25,988 bases of DNA, taken from the IMG/VR virus record IMGVR_UViG_3300040856_000154, positions 1-25,988 of that record. The stretch is one strand, 5' to 3'. Below the pieces are notes generated by a model. It made no database searches. It had not been told where the DNA came from and was given only the letters and a program-made list of their open reading frames with translations. Origin of the DNA: a virus. Its lineage: Duplodnaviria; Caudoviricetes. A program made the position numbers and the translations under genes. This document shows, in pieces, positions 9,643 through 16,841 of the stretch (position 1 is its first letter; every line of letters begins with the position of its first letter).

Positions 9643-10024
9643 CAGAGCCGCCAATAACGCCCCTGTTTTTCCTGTCCGCAAGTTTGTGCAAATTACTTTC
9701 CATAATCCTGCCCATATTCGCGTCAAGTTCATTTGCCATCATTGCGCAATACCATAGCACATCTCCTAGTTCGTTGGCTATCTGCACAAGTTTATCGTTG
9801 TACCCTTCTACATCTGCGCCATCACGTATTAGTTTCTTTACCTTGTTGGCAATCTCACCTGCCTCACCAGTAAGCCCAAGAGTTAAATACTCAAGGGCTT
9901 TTTCTTTAGGAAAGATAGCCGTCTCTGCTGCTTTTGTTTGATATTCTGTTGCAGTAATATTACTCATACCTCTCTCCTTTCTCCATTGCTTGAGTTCTTC
10001 TTCAAGTTTTTGCTCCATACCCAT
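9629..10024 (-). CDS. mazG: MazG-like nucleotide pyrophosphohydrolase
   Basis: LGLTGEAGEIANKVKK...ELGDVLWY...N..KL.DR..RG.I.GSGDNR. Start may be the later ATG at 9968. Confidence 0.9.
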   Translation of the reverse strand: MGMEQKLEEELKQWRKERGMSNITATEYQTKAAETAIFPKEKALEYLTLGLTGEAGEIANKVKKLIRDGADVEGYNDKLVQIANELGDVLWYCAMMANELDANMGRIMESNLHKLADRKNRGVIGGSGDNR

Positions 10025-10238
10025 TTAACTTCTCCAAGTTTTCAAAGTAGGCTGCATTCCACCCTCTTTGCCACTCACGGTATTGCATAGTATGTTCATC
10101 AATCTGTGGTCTATTCTCCAAATATACTATTTTTTTACCTATCTTTTTAAATGAACCACCTTTTTTAAAGGCTTCGTAACCCCACTCGTACTGAATACGA
10201 AGTGGGGCATCATATTTCTTCAGACCATTACGCCTCAT
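10002..10238 (-). CDS. Hypothetical protein with Rmf-like motif spacing
   Basis: YEWGYEAF...YREWQRGWNAAY resembles the RGY..G / W..GW pattern of ribosome modulation factor. Confidence 0.55.
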   Translation of the reverse strand: MRRNGLKKYDAPLRIQYEWGYEAFKKGGSFKKIGKKIVYLENRPQIDEHTMQYREWQRGWNAAYFENLEKLNGYGAKT

Positions 10239-10500
10239 CAGATGATTTATCCTCTGCCTGTGTTTCGGCTAGTGCTGCTTGCTGTGCTTTTACCATTGGT
10301 TCTACGAAGAACTTATTCAGCATCTCCAGTTTATCATGGTAGTCTGCGACTTCAGCAAGTTCCTCTTCAATGGCTGTGCCAATGTCTTGATGCTCACCAA
10401 TCCCTACAGGATTATTAAGCAATACCTCGATGTTGGCGAGGTGCTTGTTGATGTGACCCATAAGATGGGATTGTTGTGCATTAATCAATCGTTCTTTCAT
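10228..10500 (-). CDS. Hypothetical protein
   Basis: 90 aa; HLANIEVLLNNPVGIGEH motif; AGGAG RBS. Confidence 0.75.
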   Translation of the reverse strand: MKERLINAQQSHLMGHINKHLANIEVLLNNPVGIGEHQDIGTAIEEELAEVADYHDKLEMLNKFFVEPMVKAQQAALAETQAEDKSSDEA

Positions 10501-10639
10501 GTTCTTCCTTCTCCTTTCTTTTCATTTTCTGCCACTCTTCGTAAGAGGGATGGTTGCGTGGCGGGTTAAACTGTACCCATCCATCTCCTTGTTTCCAGAT
10601 TAGTCTAGAGTTTTTCTGTGTCTTCGTTGAACGTGCCAT
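10481..10639 (-). CDS. Small hypothetical protein (52 aa, not in ORF track)
   Basis: Hand translation MARSTKTQKNSRLIWKQGDGWVQFNPPRNHPSYEEWQKMKRKEKEEHERTID; fills the gap and overlaps both neighbours. Confidence 0.55.
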   Translation of the reverse strand: MARSTKTQKNSRLIWKQGDGWVQFNPPRNHPSYEEWQKMKRKEKEEHERTID

Positions 10640-10820
10640 CAGGCAGTGCTTTCTCTAACACACTCATATTAGTTGAGTCAATCTCGCCATAGATATTCAA
10701 GCACTCTTCACCCCAAGATGATTTATTCAGTGTCAAGTCCTTGCAGTATGCATACAATGTACTAAATGCAGCCGCTGCAGCAGCAACATCCTTTGTGTGT
10801 GTATCAAATTTAATCTTCAT
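10605..10820 (-). CDS. Hypothetical protein
   Basis: 71 aa; AAGGAG RBS. Confidence 0.7.
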   Translation of the reverse strand: MKIKFDTHTKDVAAAAAAFSTLYAYCKDLTLNKSSWGEECLNIYGEIDSTNMSVLEKALPDGTFNEDTEKL

Positions 10821-11007
10821 CGTTGCTTTCTCCTTCCGTCCAGTTATACTCTTTGTTATGTTTATCTACTGCTTTTTCAAGCAAGGACAGTAAGCCCTCA
10901 CTAATCAGTGCTTGCCTTGCTTCATCATTACACTCAAACACTACAGTTGCTGAACCATCTTCATGTTCAACTACATCTTTTATATCAATCATGCCTGTCA
11001 TTGTCAA
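10810..11007 (-). CDS. Hypothetical protein
   Basis: 65 aa; EHEDGSAT motif; AAGGAG RBS; first gene downstream of the 11067-11094 promoter. Confidence 0.75.
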   Translation of the reverse strand: MTMTGMIDIKDVVEHEDGSATVVFECNDEARQALISEGLLSLLEKAVDKHNKEYNWTEGESNDED

Positions 11008-11043
11008 CTCCTTTCTTATGCTATTCCCACCGTCATGGGAAAC

Positions 11044-11103
11044 ACCCTATCGGTACTATTACTACCATTATACCACACAAATTAAACAAGTCAACCCTAT
11101 CGG
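11044..11103. repeat. 10-bp direct repeat ACCCTATCGG bracketing a promoter
   Basis: Exact copies at 11044-11053 and 11094-11103. Confidence 0.8.
11067..11094 (-). promoter_or_regulatory. Sigma70-type promoter with extended -10
   Basis: TTGACT-16 nt-TATAAT with TGG immediately before the -10; intergenic, upstream of an RBS. Confidence 0.8.
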
Positions 11104-11108
11104 GATGA

Positions 11109-11155
11109 ATATACGCTATAACGCATATGTTATCTTTATGCGCTACAACGCATAT
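11109..11155. repeat. Two tandem imperfect palindromes (27-bp period), operator-like
   Basis: ATATACGCTATAACGCATAT (11109-11128) and TTATGCGCTACAACGCATAT (11136-11155); consensus ATATGCG-N6-CGCATAT. Confidence 0.65.
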
Positions 11156-11175
11156 CTAAAAGTTTGTTTCATAAA

Positions 11176-11400
11176 TTATGAAAGTTCGTCTGTCTCCCAG
11201 TAGCGCAACCAGAAATGCTCACCACATTTGTCAATCTCTTCCTGCGGATAACCTTCCTTAACAATCCATTCCATTACACCTTCACCTAACTTGATACTAT
11301 CTTCTGGTGGATTTAACAATATACTTGCAAAATGCTCTGGTAATGGTTTAGGAAAGCCATACTTCCATCCGCTTGGTGGGTCACACATTATCTTCTTCAT
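11176..11400 (-). CDS. Hypothetical protein
   Basis: 74 aa; DPPSGWKYGFPK..WIVKEGYP motif; AAGGAG RBS. Confidence 0.75.
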   Translation of the reverse strand: MKKIMCDPPSGWKYGFPKPLPEHFASILLNPPEDSIKLGEGVMEWIVKEGYPQEEIDKCGEHFWLRYWETDELS

Positions 11401-11464
11401 CTGTCATCTCCTTAATGGTTCATAACATGTACAATAACGGCGTTTATGGACAGCATAAAAACCA

Positions 11465-11581
11465 TTAACCCTTGAACCTGTGCTTGAAGAACACAATCAA
11501 GTTGATGGCAGTGTTGGTTGTAATCATCACAAGTATCCACCACTGCCACCACAACAAGTCTAATCCACTACACTCTATCAC
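11465..11581 (-). CDS. Small membrane protein (38 aa, not in ORF track)
   Basis: GTG overlaps the RNR stop (TAGTG); MIECSGLDLLWWQWWILVMITTNTAINLIVFFKHRFKG, one TM helix with a basic tail. Confidence 0.55.
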   Translation of the reverse strand: MIECSGLDLLWWQWWILVMITTNTAINLIVFFKHRFKG

Positions 11582-13524
11582 TACGCAGCCGTTAAGTCAA
11601 CTACTTCGCAAACGCCAGCAGTACATGCTAATTCACGTCCACCTGATGTAGTGTCTTCCTTTTCAAACTCCTGCAGTTGTGACCAGTCTACCTTCTTTGG
11701 CATCTTTGTCAAGAACTCTTTGTATTGTTCTGCATCAATGTCCTGATAAGGTGCTTGCTGATATGTATGCTCACTGAAGGGCAGGAAACTAATGCCCGAT
11801 ACTTCATCGAAGTGTTCATACACCCATGAACCTACGTCCATCCATTCGTGTTCCTTCACGGAGATAGTGACACTAGGCTTGTGTTCACACCAGTAACGCT
11901 GATACATAAGCCACAACTCAAGTTGCTCAATGGCAGTCATGTCTGTCCGTGTAACTGCACGAGCAGGTGACTTCATTGGGAAACTAAACACTGTTGTGCT
12001 GTCAGGTTTCATTACATCAGGCTCTGCAGGAATACCCTGTGACATAAGAAACTGTGTCAGTGGGTCTTTGTTATCGCCACGAACAGTACGAATGTAGTAA
12101 GGGTTGTGTCGTGCGTGGATACCTGATGCCGCATCAGTCAACTGTGAGACAGTACCGCTTGGCTTGACGCAGGTAACAGCAGCAGACTGTGGAATACCAA
12201 TCATCTTGGCATATGCTTTGTTAGTCTCAACTGCTACATCACGGAGATTCTCAAGCACTTGTCCAATGTTCATGCCTAGTTTAGCACTGCGACCTGACGT
12301 GATCTCATTGTCCATGATACCTGTCAGTGAAACACCCAGCAGACGCTCTTCTTCTGTGTTATTCTTCCAAACCTTACGCAGATACTTGAAGTCTGTCAGT
12401 GTGGCTTGCAGTGTGCCAAGGATAGTGGCAAGGCGAACCTTCTCCTTCAGTGTTTCCACTGTATCGGATGCACGGACAACTACCTCTGACAGATTACAGA
12501 ACTGATATGGACGCAGGATAATCTCGCTACATGGATTGCATCCAAAATCATGGTCAATATCACGCCGACCATTCTTCGATGCTTGCATTTTTGCGGATTG
12601 CCTGTTAAATATGCCACGTTCCCCTGACTTTGATTCGTACAGAGACAGCCATTCACGCATGAATGTACCCATCTGTGGTTTCTCTTTATAGGCAACGCTG
12701 TTGTTTGCAAGCGCACGTTGCCCTTCATGTTCCCACCACTGACCTGCCTTTGCGTGACGCATCTGGTCATCATTCAAGTTAGACAGGCTGATGAGTGCGC
12801 TTCGTCTGACCCCACCAACGACAACAACCTCACCAATCTTACACATGATGTCGTGACATTCGATTGGATACAGCCTACGGCCTGCTGCACCCTTGAACTT
12901 CTCAATGCAGAAGTTAAACAGTTCGACAAGCGGCTGTGGACCAGAGGCACGACCACCGAATGTCTTGAGACGTGCGCCAGCAGGACGAACCTCACTTACA
13001 TCCCATTGTGGAATCTGTCCAGCATACAGCATAGCAATCAACTCACGCAGTGCCTTTGCCCATCCGGGGCGACTGTCGCCTACCTTGATTACTGTATCGC
13101 TTGCCTCAAAGTGTTCATTCACGATGGGCAGTTTGTCCACTGCGTTACGCTCAACAGAGAAGCCTACACCAGTGCCACACATAAGAATGTACATAGTCTC
13201 ATCGAAAGCACGTGGACTGTCTACTGGAACATAGGAACAGTTGTAGCCACCAACATGGCAACGATCAAGCGCAGGACCAGCAGTCATCAATGCACGCATA
13301 CTTGGCATTACTTGCTGCGTAAGTACGGCTTCTTCCAATTCACTTCTCAATGAATCAGAAAGCTGATACCCATGCTTGTTAGACAAATGGCTAACCATAT
13401 AATCAAAATATCTGGACACTGTTTCATTCCATGTTTCCCTTCGCTGTTCATCTTCTTTCCATCTTGCATAACGAGATAGTGCTATAAAGTTCTGATAGTC
13501 TGTAGGTAAATAATTGTTTATCAT
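11581..13524 (-). CDS. nrdJ: Class II (adenosylcobalamin-dependent) ribonucleotide reductase
   Basis: MPSMR, YNCS, GTGVGFS, GGVRRSA, catalytic NPCSEI, TCVKPSGTVS and C-terminal CTAGVC. No beta subunit nearby. ATG at 13524 chosen from AGGAG spacing. Confidence 0.92.
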   Translation of the reverse strand: MINNYLPTDYQNFIALSRYARWKEDEQRRETWNETVSRYFDYMVSHLSNKHGYQLSDSLRSELEEAVLTQQVMPSMRALMTAGPALDRCHVGGYNCSYVPVDSPRAFDETMYILMCGTGVGFSVERNAVDKLPIVNEHFEASDTVIKVGDSRPGWAKALRELIAMLYAGQIPQWDVSEVRPAGARLKTFGGRASGPQPLVELFNFCIEKFKGAAGRRLYPIECHDIMCKIGEVVVVGGVRRSALISLSNLNDDQMRHAKAGQWWEHEGQRALANNSVAYKEKPQMGTFMREWLSLYESKSGERGIFNRQSAKMQASKNGRRDIDHDFGCNPCSEIILRPYQFCNLSEVVVRASDTVETLKEKVRLATILGTLQATLTDFKYLRKVWKNNTEEERLLGVSLTGIMDNEITSGRSAKLGMNIGQVLENLRDVAVETNKAYAKMIGIPQSAAVTCVKPSGTVSQLTDAASGIHARHNPYYIRTVRGDNKDPLTQFLMSQGIPAEPDVMKPDSTTVFSFPMKSPARAVTRTDMTAIEQLELWLMYQRYWCEHKPSVTISVKEHEWMDVGSWVYEHFDEVSGISFLPFSEHTYQQAPYQDIDAEQYKEFLTKMPKKVDWSQLQEFEKEDTTSGGRELACTAGVCEVVDLTAA

Positions 13525-13529
13525 ATTTG

Positions 13530-13688
13530 TCACTCCTGTATTGTTTTCATATGTTTTATTTCAGCACCCTCTACATCGTAGAAATATTCTCGAATGCCAT
13601 CTTCTAATTCCTCACCAACATTTTCATCGGCTGGTACTGGATACTCCTCTGGATCAATGTCAATAGTCATGAATATTTTAACTCTCAT
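13530..13688 (-). CDS. Small acidic hypothetical protein (52 aa, not in ORF track)
   Basis: MRVKIFMTIDIDPEEYPVPADENVGEELEDGIREYFYDVEGAEIKHMKTIQE; GAGG RBS; fills the gap exactly. Confidence 0.7.
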   Translation of the reverse strand: MRVKIFMTIDIDPEEYPVPADENVGEELEDGIREYFYDVEGAEIKHMKTIQE

Positions 13689-14001
13689 TCCTTACCTCTA
13701 TTAGTTTATCCAGATACCACCTTGCTTTATTCAAGTCTTCATTGCCGTTTTTATAACGATAACGCCAAAGATATTTCATAATATTACCTTGAAGATAATA
13801 TTCAAATCCCTCACCAGTTGCTGCATGAATTGCTTCGATACATTCAATGCCCTGTTGATTGTAATGGGGTGGGTGATTAACCATGTCAGATTGAAGAGAC
13901 GCTTGTTCTTCTTTTTCCCACTCAACATCTTTCCATTGAGATTTCATCTCAAGTTCTTTCAATTTACGTTTCATGTAATCCTCATATCTTTCATGTGTCA
14001 T
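13678..14001 (-). CDS. DUF3310 protein (T7 gp1.7-like nucleotide kinase family)
   Basis: DMVNHPPHY..GIECIEAI...GNIMKYLWRY..KNG.EDL.KARWYL. Confidence 0.88.
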   Translation of the reverse strand: MTHERYEDYMKRKLKELEMKSQWKDVEWEKEEQASLQSDMVNHPPHYNQQGIECIEAIHAATGEGFEYYLQGNIMKYLWRYRYKNGNEDLNKARWYLDKLIEVRNES

Positions 14002-14363
14002 GCGTTTCCTTTCGTCTTAAAGTCTATAGAAATAATGTTTTCATCACGAGAAACAATAGTAGGTTTCTCATCCTCATAGTCTTCTTCTAACGTAATCTCT
14101 ATATCCTTGTCAACAACATTGACAACATAATCATGCACAATATCTCTGATTTTTTTGTTGTTTTCCATAATAGGTACAGTAGATGCCATCATCTTACAGA
14201 AATGCATCATTTGAAAATAATCATCATCACTTAAATCATTTTCCGGTTGAGAGATAATAGATATGTCGATTTCTCCATTCCATGATCCGTCATTGTTTTG
14301 ATAAGGACGTATGCGTATTACAAAATCATCTTTATCAATCATAGCCAAGTCTTGTTGTTTCAT
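13998..14363 (-). CDS. Hypothetical protein
   Basis: 121 aa; AGGAG RBS; ends with an ENIISIDF-type motif; ATGA overlap. Confidence 0.75.
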   Translation of the reverse strand: MKQQDLAMIDKDDFVIRIRPYQNNDGSWNGEIDISIISQPENDLSDDDYFQMMHFCKMMASTVPIMENNKKIRDIVHDYVVNVVDKDIEITLEEDYEDEKPTIVSRDENIISIDFKTKGNA

Positions 14364-14364
14364 G

Positions 14365-14829
14365 TCACTTTCTCCTTTTTATCTTGTTACCGCTAAATGC
14401 AATAAACTTTGGATGTTTGTTTTTACCCTTTTCTTTAAGCCAGTCTTCTGGAATGATGCGATCATAATATCTAAATCCATATTTGATACACCATTCACCA
14501 TATGAAGACTTTGCACCTTTGCGTAGTTTTCGTCTACTGTTTTCAAAAACAAAACGAATGTCAAGTTTAGGATGCTGTCGTTTTATAGCCAAATGTTTTC
14601 GTCTATCTGCAGCAGTGAACATGCCTTTTGTTTCTATAATTATACCGTTGTTTAACACAAAGTCTGGTGTATAGGTGCGGTAGGCTAGGTCTTCCCATTC
14701 AATCTTGATACACTCGTAGTCAAAATCAACATTGAGTTCTTTCAAAAAGTTTGAAAGGGATAACTCTAGCCCACTGCGATACCCATACTTACGTGCGGCA
14801 CGGAATTGTTTTGCGTTAGGCAACGTCAC
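14365..14829 (-). CDS. T7 endonuclease I-like Holliday junction resolvase
   Basis: YRSGLE...YTPDFVL.NGIIIETKG...DRRKHL.IK.QHP.LDIRFVF..Y.EWC.KYGF. Confidence 0.93.
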   Translation of the reverse strand: MTLPNAKQFRAARKYGYRSGLELSLSNFLKELNVDFDYECIKIEWEDLAYRTYTPDFVLNNGIIIETKGMFTAADRRKHLAIKRQHPKLDIRFVFENSRRKLRKGAKSSYGEWCIKYGFRYYDRIIPEDWLKEKGKNKHPKFIAFSGNKIKRRK

Positions 14830-15022
14830 GCCATAACTGTAAAGGTGAACGATAACCTAGCGCACGCAGTTCTTCCCGCAAGACTTTATCTGCTTCGTTA
14901 CGTGCTTCAATAGCCGCACGCAATCCAGCAGTTTTGCGCTCACGATATTCCTTACGCAAGTCAGCAAGGTGTCTCTCTGCTTCTTTAATTTGTTCTGCAA
15001 GTTCGTTAATTTCATCATTCAT
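14816..15022 (-). CDS. Coiled-coil hypothetical protein
   Basis: 68 aa; AAGGAG RBS; heptad pattern. Confidence 0.7.
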   Translation of the reverse strand: MNDEINELAEQIKEAERHLADLRKEYRERKTAGLRAAIEARNEADKVLREELRALGYRSPLQLWRDVA

Positions 15023-15878
15023 TTATATACTCCTTTGCTAGTTTAATATATGCCACCATCTTTGGCTCTTTTGCCTGTGATTTAACGGCTGGCATTTCTT
15101 TCATATCAGGCCAACAATCATGTCTGTAAGAACAGAATGTGCAGTTCTTATTCAAAACAAGATTACCTGTTTCTTTACCCCTAAACTTTTCAGGCACTGG
15201 CTCAAAGCATCGTTTAAACTCGTTTACTTCAAGTGTCTGAATAGTATTTTCTACTTTATTTAATTCTTCGTCAACATCAAGACCTGTTGCTGGAACATAT
15301 TTAAATTCACCAGTTGCTTTGTTGACTACCCACCAGCCACCAGCATTTTTGCCTGATGCTTTAGCGTAGCCAGCAAGTTGTGCAACATAACCAAATCCAT
15401 CTGACTCTTTTAGAGTTTCAAAAGAATCAAACTTGTTATTATAAGACCAATTAGATGCGGACTTAATATCATCAACAGAGTCATTAATAGCAATATCATA
15501 TGTTCCATTAATGGATGTGCTATCCAGGTCCAGAGTGACGCTATCGGAATCTTCATACTTTACTCCTGCTTCTTTTAACAATCCTTTAAAGACAGCCTCA
15601 ACGATGTCACCAATCATCATGTTCATTACGAATGTGGTAGGCAATGGTAGGGCAACTTCAGGTTTGTTTTTATCATACCATAACTGACAGGATGGTCTGC
15701 CAATATTTGACATGCGTAACCTAAAGTCGCCCCGGCTTTTGCCACCAGCAAACTGGCGGGTAAGAGCCTCTGTTACGTCTGCAGCAACTTGTTTAATTGT
15801 TGTTTCAGCCATAGTGGTTTTACCGCTTACTGCATCTTCCATGTATTGATGCAAAGCCAGTTCTGCTGGATGGTTCAT
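15015..15878 (-). CDS. PD-(D/E)XK exonuclease, Cas4-like with Cys cluster
   Basis: RMSNIGRPSCQLWY, GTYD...DDIKS, QLAGY and C-terminal CTFCSYRHDC (1+3 Cys arrangement). Confidence 0.8.
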   Translation of the reverse strand: MNHPAELALHQYMEDAVSGKTTMAETTIKQVAADVTEALTRQFAGGKSRGDFRLRMSNIGRPSCQLWYDKNKPEVALPLPTTFVMNMMIGDIVEAVFKGLLKEAGVKYEDSDSVTLDLDSTSINGTYDIAINDSVDDIKSASNWSYNNKFDSFETLKESDGFGYVAQLAGYAKASGKNAGGWWVVNKATGEFKYVPATGLDVDEELNKVENTIQTLEVNEFKRCFEPVPEKFRGKETGNLVLNKNCTFCSYRHDCWPDMKEMPAVKSQAKEPKMVAYIKLAKEYINE

Positions 15879-16774
15879 TATGCTACCTCTTCATCTACAT
15901 CAATGTCTACAAATCCATCAACGACATCGACATCTTCATCACTCATTTCATCCTTTGCTTTCTCTGCCCACGTGTTGATGATGTAAGTATTGTAGTTATC
16001 TACCCACGCCATAAAGTCAGCAAACATTGTCTGTTCTCCATCAGAAAGAGACAGTGTGTTTGTTACGTCCAGAGATACCACAGGAAGATAGAAACTGCTT
16101 CCGTTTGGAAGTTTTCTTTCTTCTGTGTTAGCAGTAATCAGATGCTGAACAGGCAACCGTTTTAGTTTGGCAAGTTTAGTAAAACTTTCACCTACCAACT
16201 TGAAAGCGTCACGATTGTCAATCTCCCAAATAAATGGTGTCTCTTCAATTGTGACTGGATTCCCCGATTCATCAACAGGGTCTTTCATTTCAACAGTTCC
16301 AAAGACCACGCGAACACGTTTGATCTGTTTAATCAACTCCTGCATTTTTTCAGGAAGTGCTTTGAAGTCTTTGATGTAGCCTGCTGGCTTACCGCAGTTA
16401 AACCCACCCTCATTGTCTTTCAAGTCGATGTTCAGATTATCTGCCATAATCGTCTTGATGTATTTATTGGGTGACTTATCACTGCCCTTTACAAAACGCT
16501 TATACATGAAGCGTTGCAGGTAAGGCCTAATGATTACAGAGCCAGCATAATAGTTTGGTCCATCAGGGATGTCCAAACGGTATGTGCCACCACCGACTAC
16601 TTCCATGTTAACTTTCTTACCGTTCATTTCGGTAATTCCCATGATTGGTGAGTGGCTAATGCGAAGCCGTGCCAAAGAACTAGACTTTGAGTTTGATTCG
16701 GCTTCGTTTGCGATACCCATAGCCTTTGCCATCATAGCGTAGTTATTGGTATCAATAGTTGTAAGTTGTGTCAT
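15878..16774 (-). CDS. Putative single-stranded DNA-binding protein
   Basis: Sits directly after the polymerase; beta-rich with a strongly acidic C-terminal tail (DEDVDVVDGFVDIDVDEEVA). ATG 16774 follows AAGGAG. Confidence 0.55.
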   Translation of the reverse strand: MTQLTTIDTNNYAMMAKAMGIANEAESNSKSSSLARLRISHSPIMGITEMNGKKVNMEVVGGGTYRLDIPDGPNYYAGSVIIRPYLQRFMYKRFVKGSDKSPNKYIKTIMADNLNIDLKDNEGGFNCGKPAGYIKDFKALPEKMQELIKQIKRVRVVFGTVEMKDPVDESGNPVTIEETPFIWEIDNRDAFKLVGESFTKLAKLKRLPVQHLITANTEERKLPNGSSFYLPVVSLDVTNTLSLSDGEQTMFADFMAWVDNYNTYIINTWAEKAKDEMSDEDVDVVDGFVDIDVDEEVA

Positions 16775-16812
16775 ATCATTTACTCCTTTCTCTTTATGCA
16801 AAAAGTTCCATA

Positions 16813-16841
16813 GTTATATCAGGATACATCTTTGGTGTCAA
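16813..16841 (-). promoter_or_regulatory. Sigma70-type promoter in the 3' end of the polymerase gene
   Basis: TTGACA-17 nt-TATAAC with TGA before the -10; upstream of the SSB-like gene. Confidence 0.65.

Noticed and set aside
11024-11041. Hairpin TTCCCA-N6-TGGGAA in the leader as a riboswitch, ncRNA or terminator
   Set aside because: Only a 6-bp core with no U-tract or recognisable aptamer; may simply be a 5' stabilising hairpin.
11118-11146. dif-like site (GTAGCGCATAA on the - strand resembles the XerC arm)
   Set aside because: The partner arm does not match the XerD consensus TTATGTTAAAT; kept only as part of the palindrome array.
12104-13353. Long + strand ORFs opposite RNR (and similar ones opposite pol, helicase, DUF932, SleB)
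   Set aside because: Fully antisense to well-supported genes; explained by codon bias.
15015-15878. Cas4-like gene as evidence of CRISPR-Cas
   Set aside because: Solo Cas4-like exonucleases are normal in phage replication modules; no array or other cas genes.
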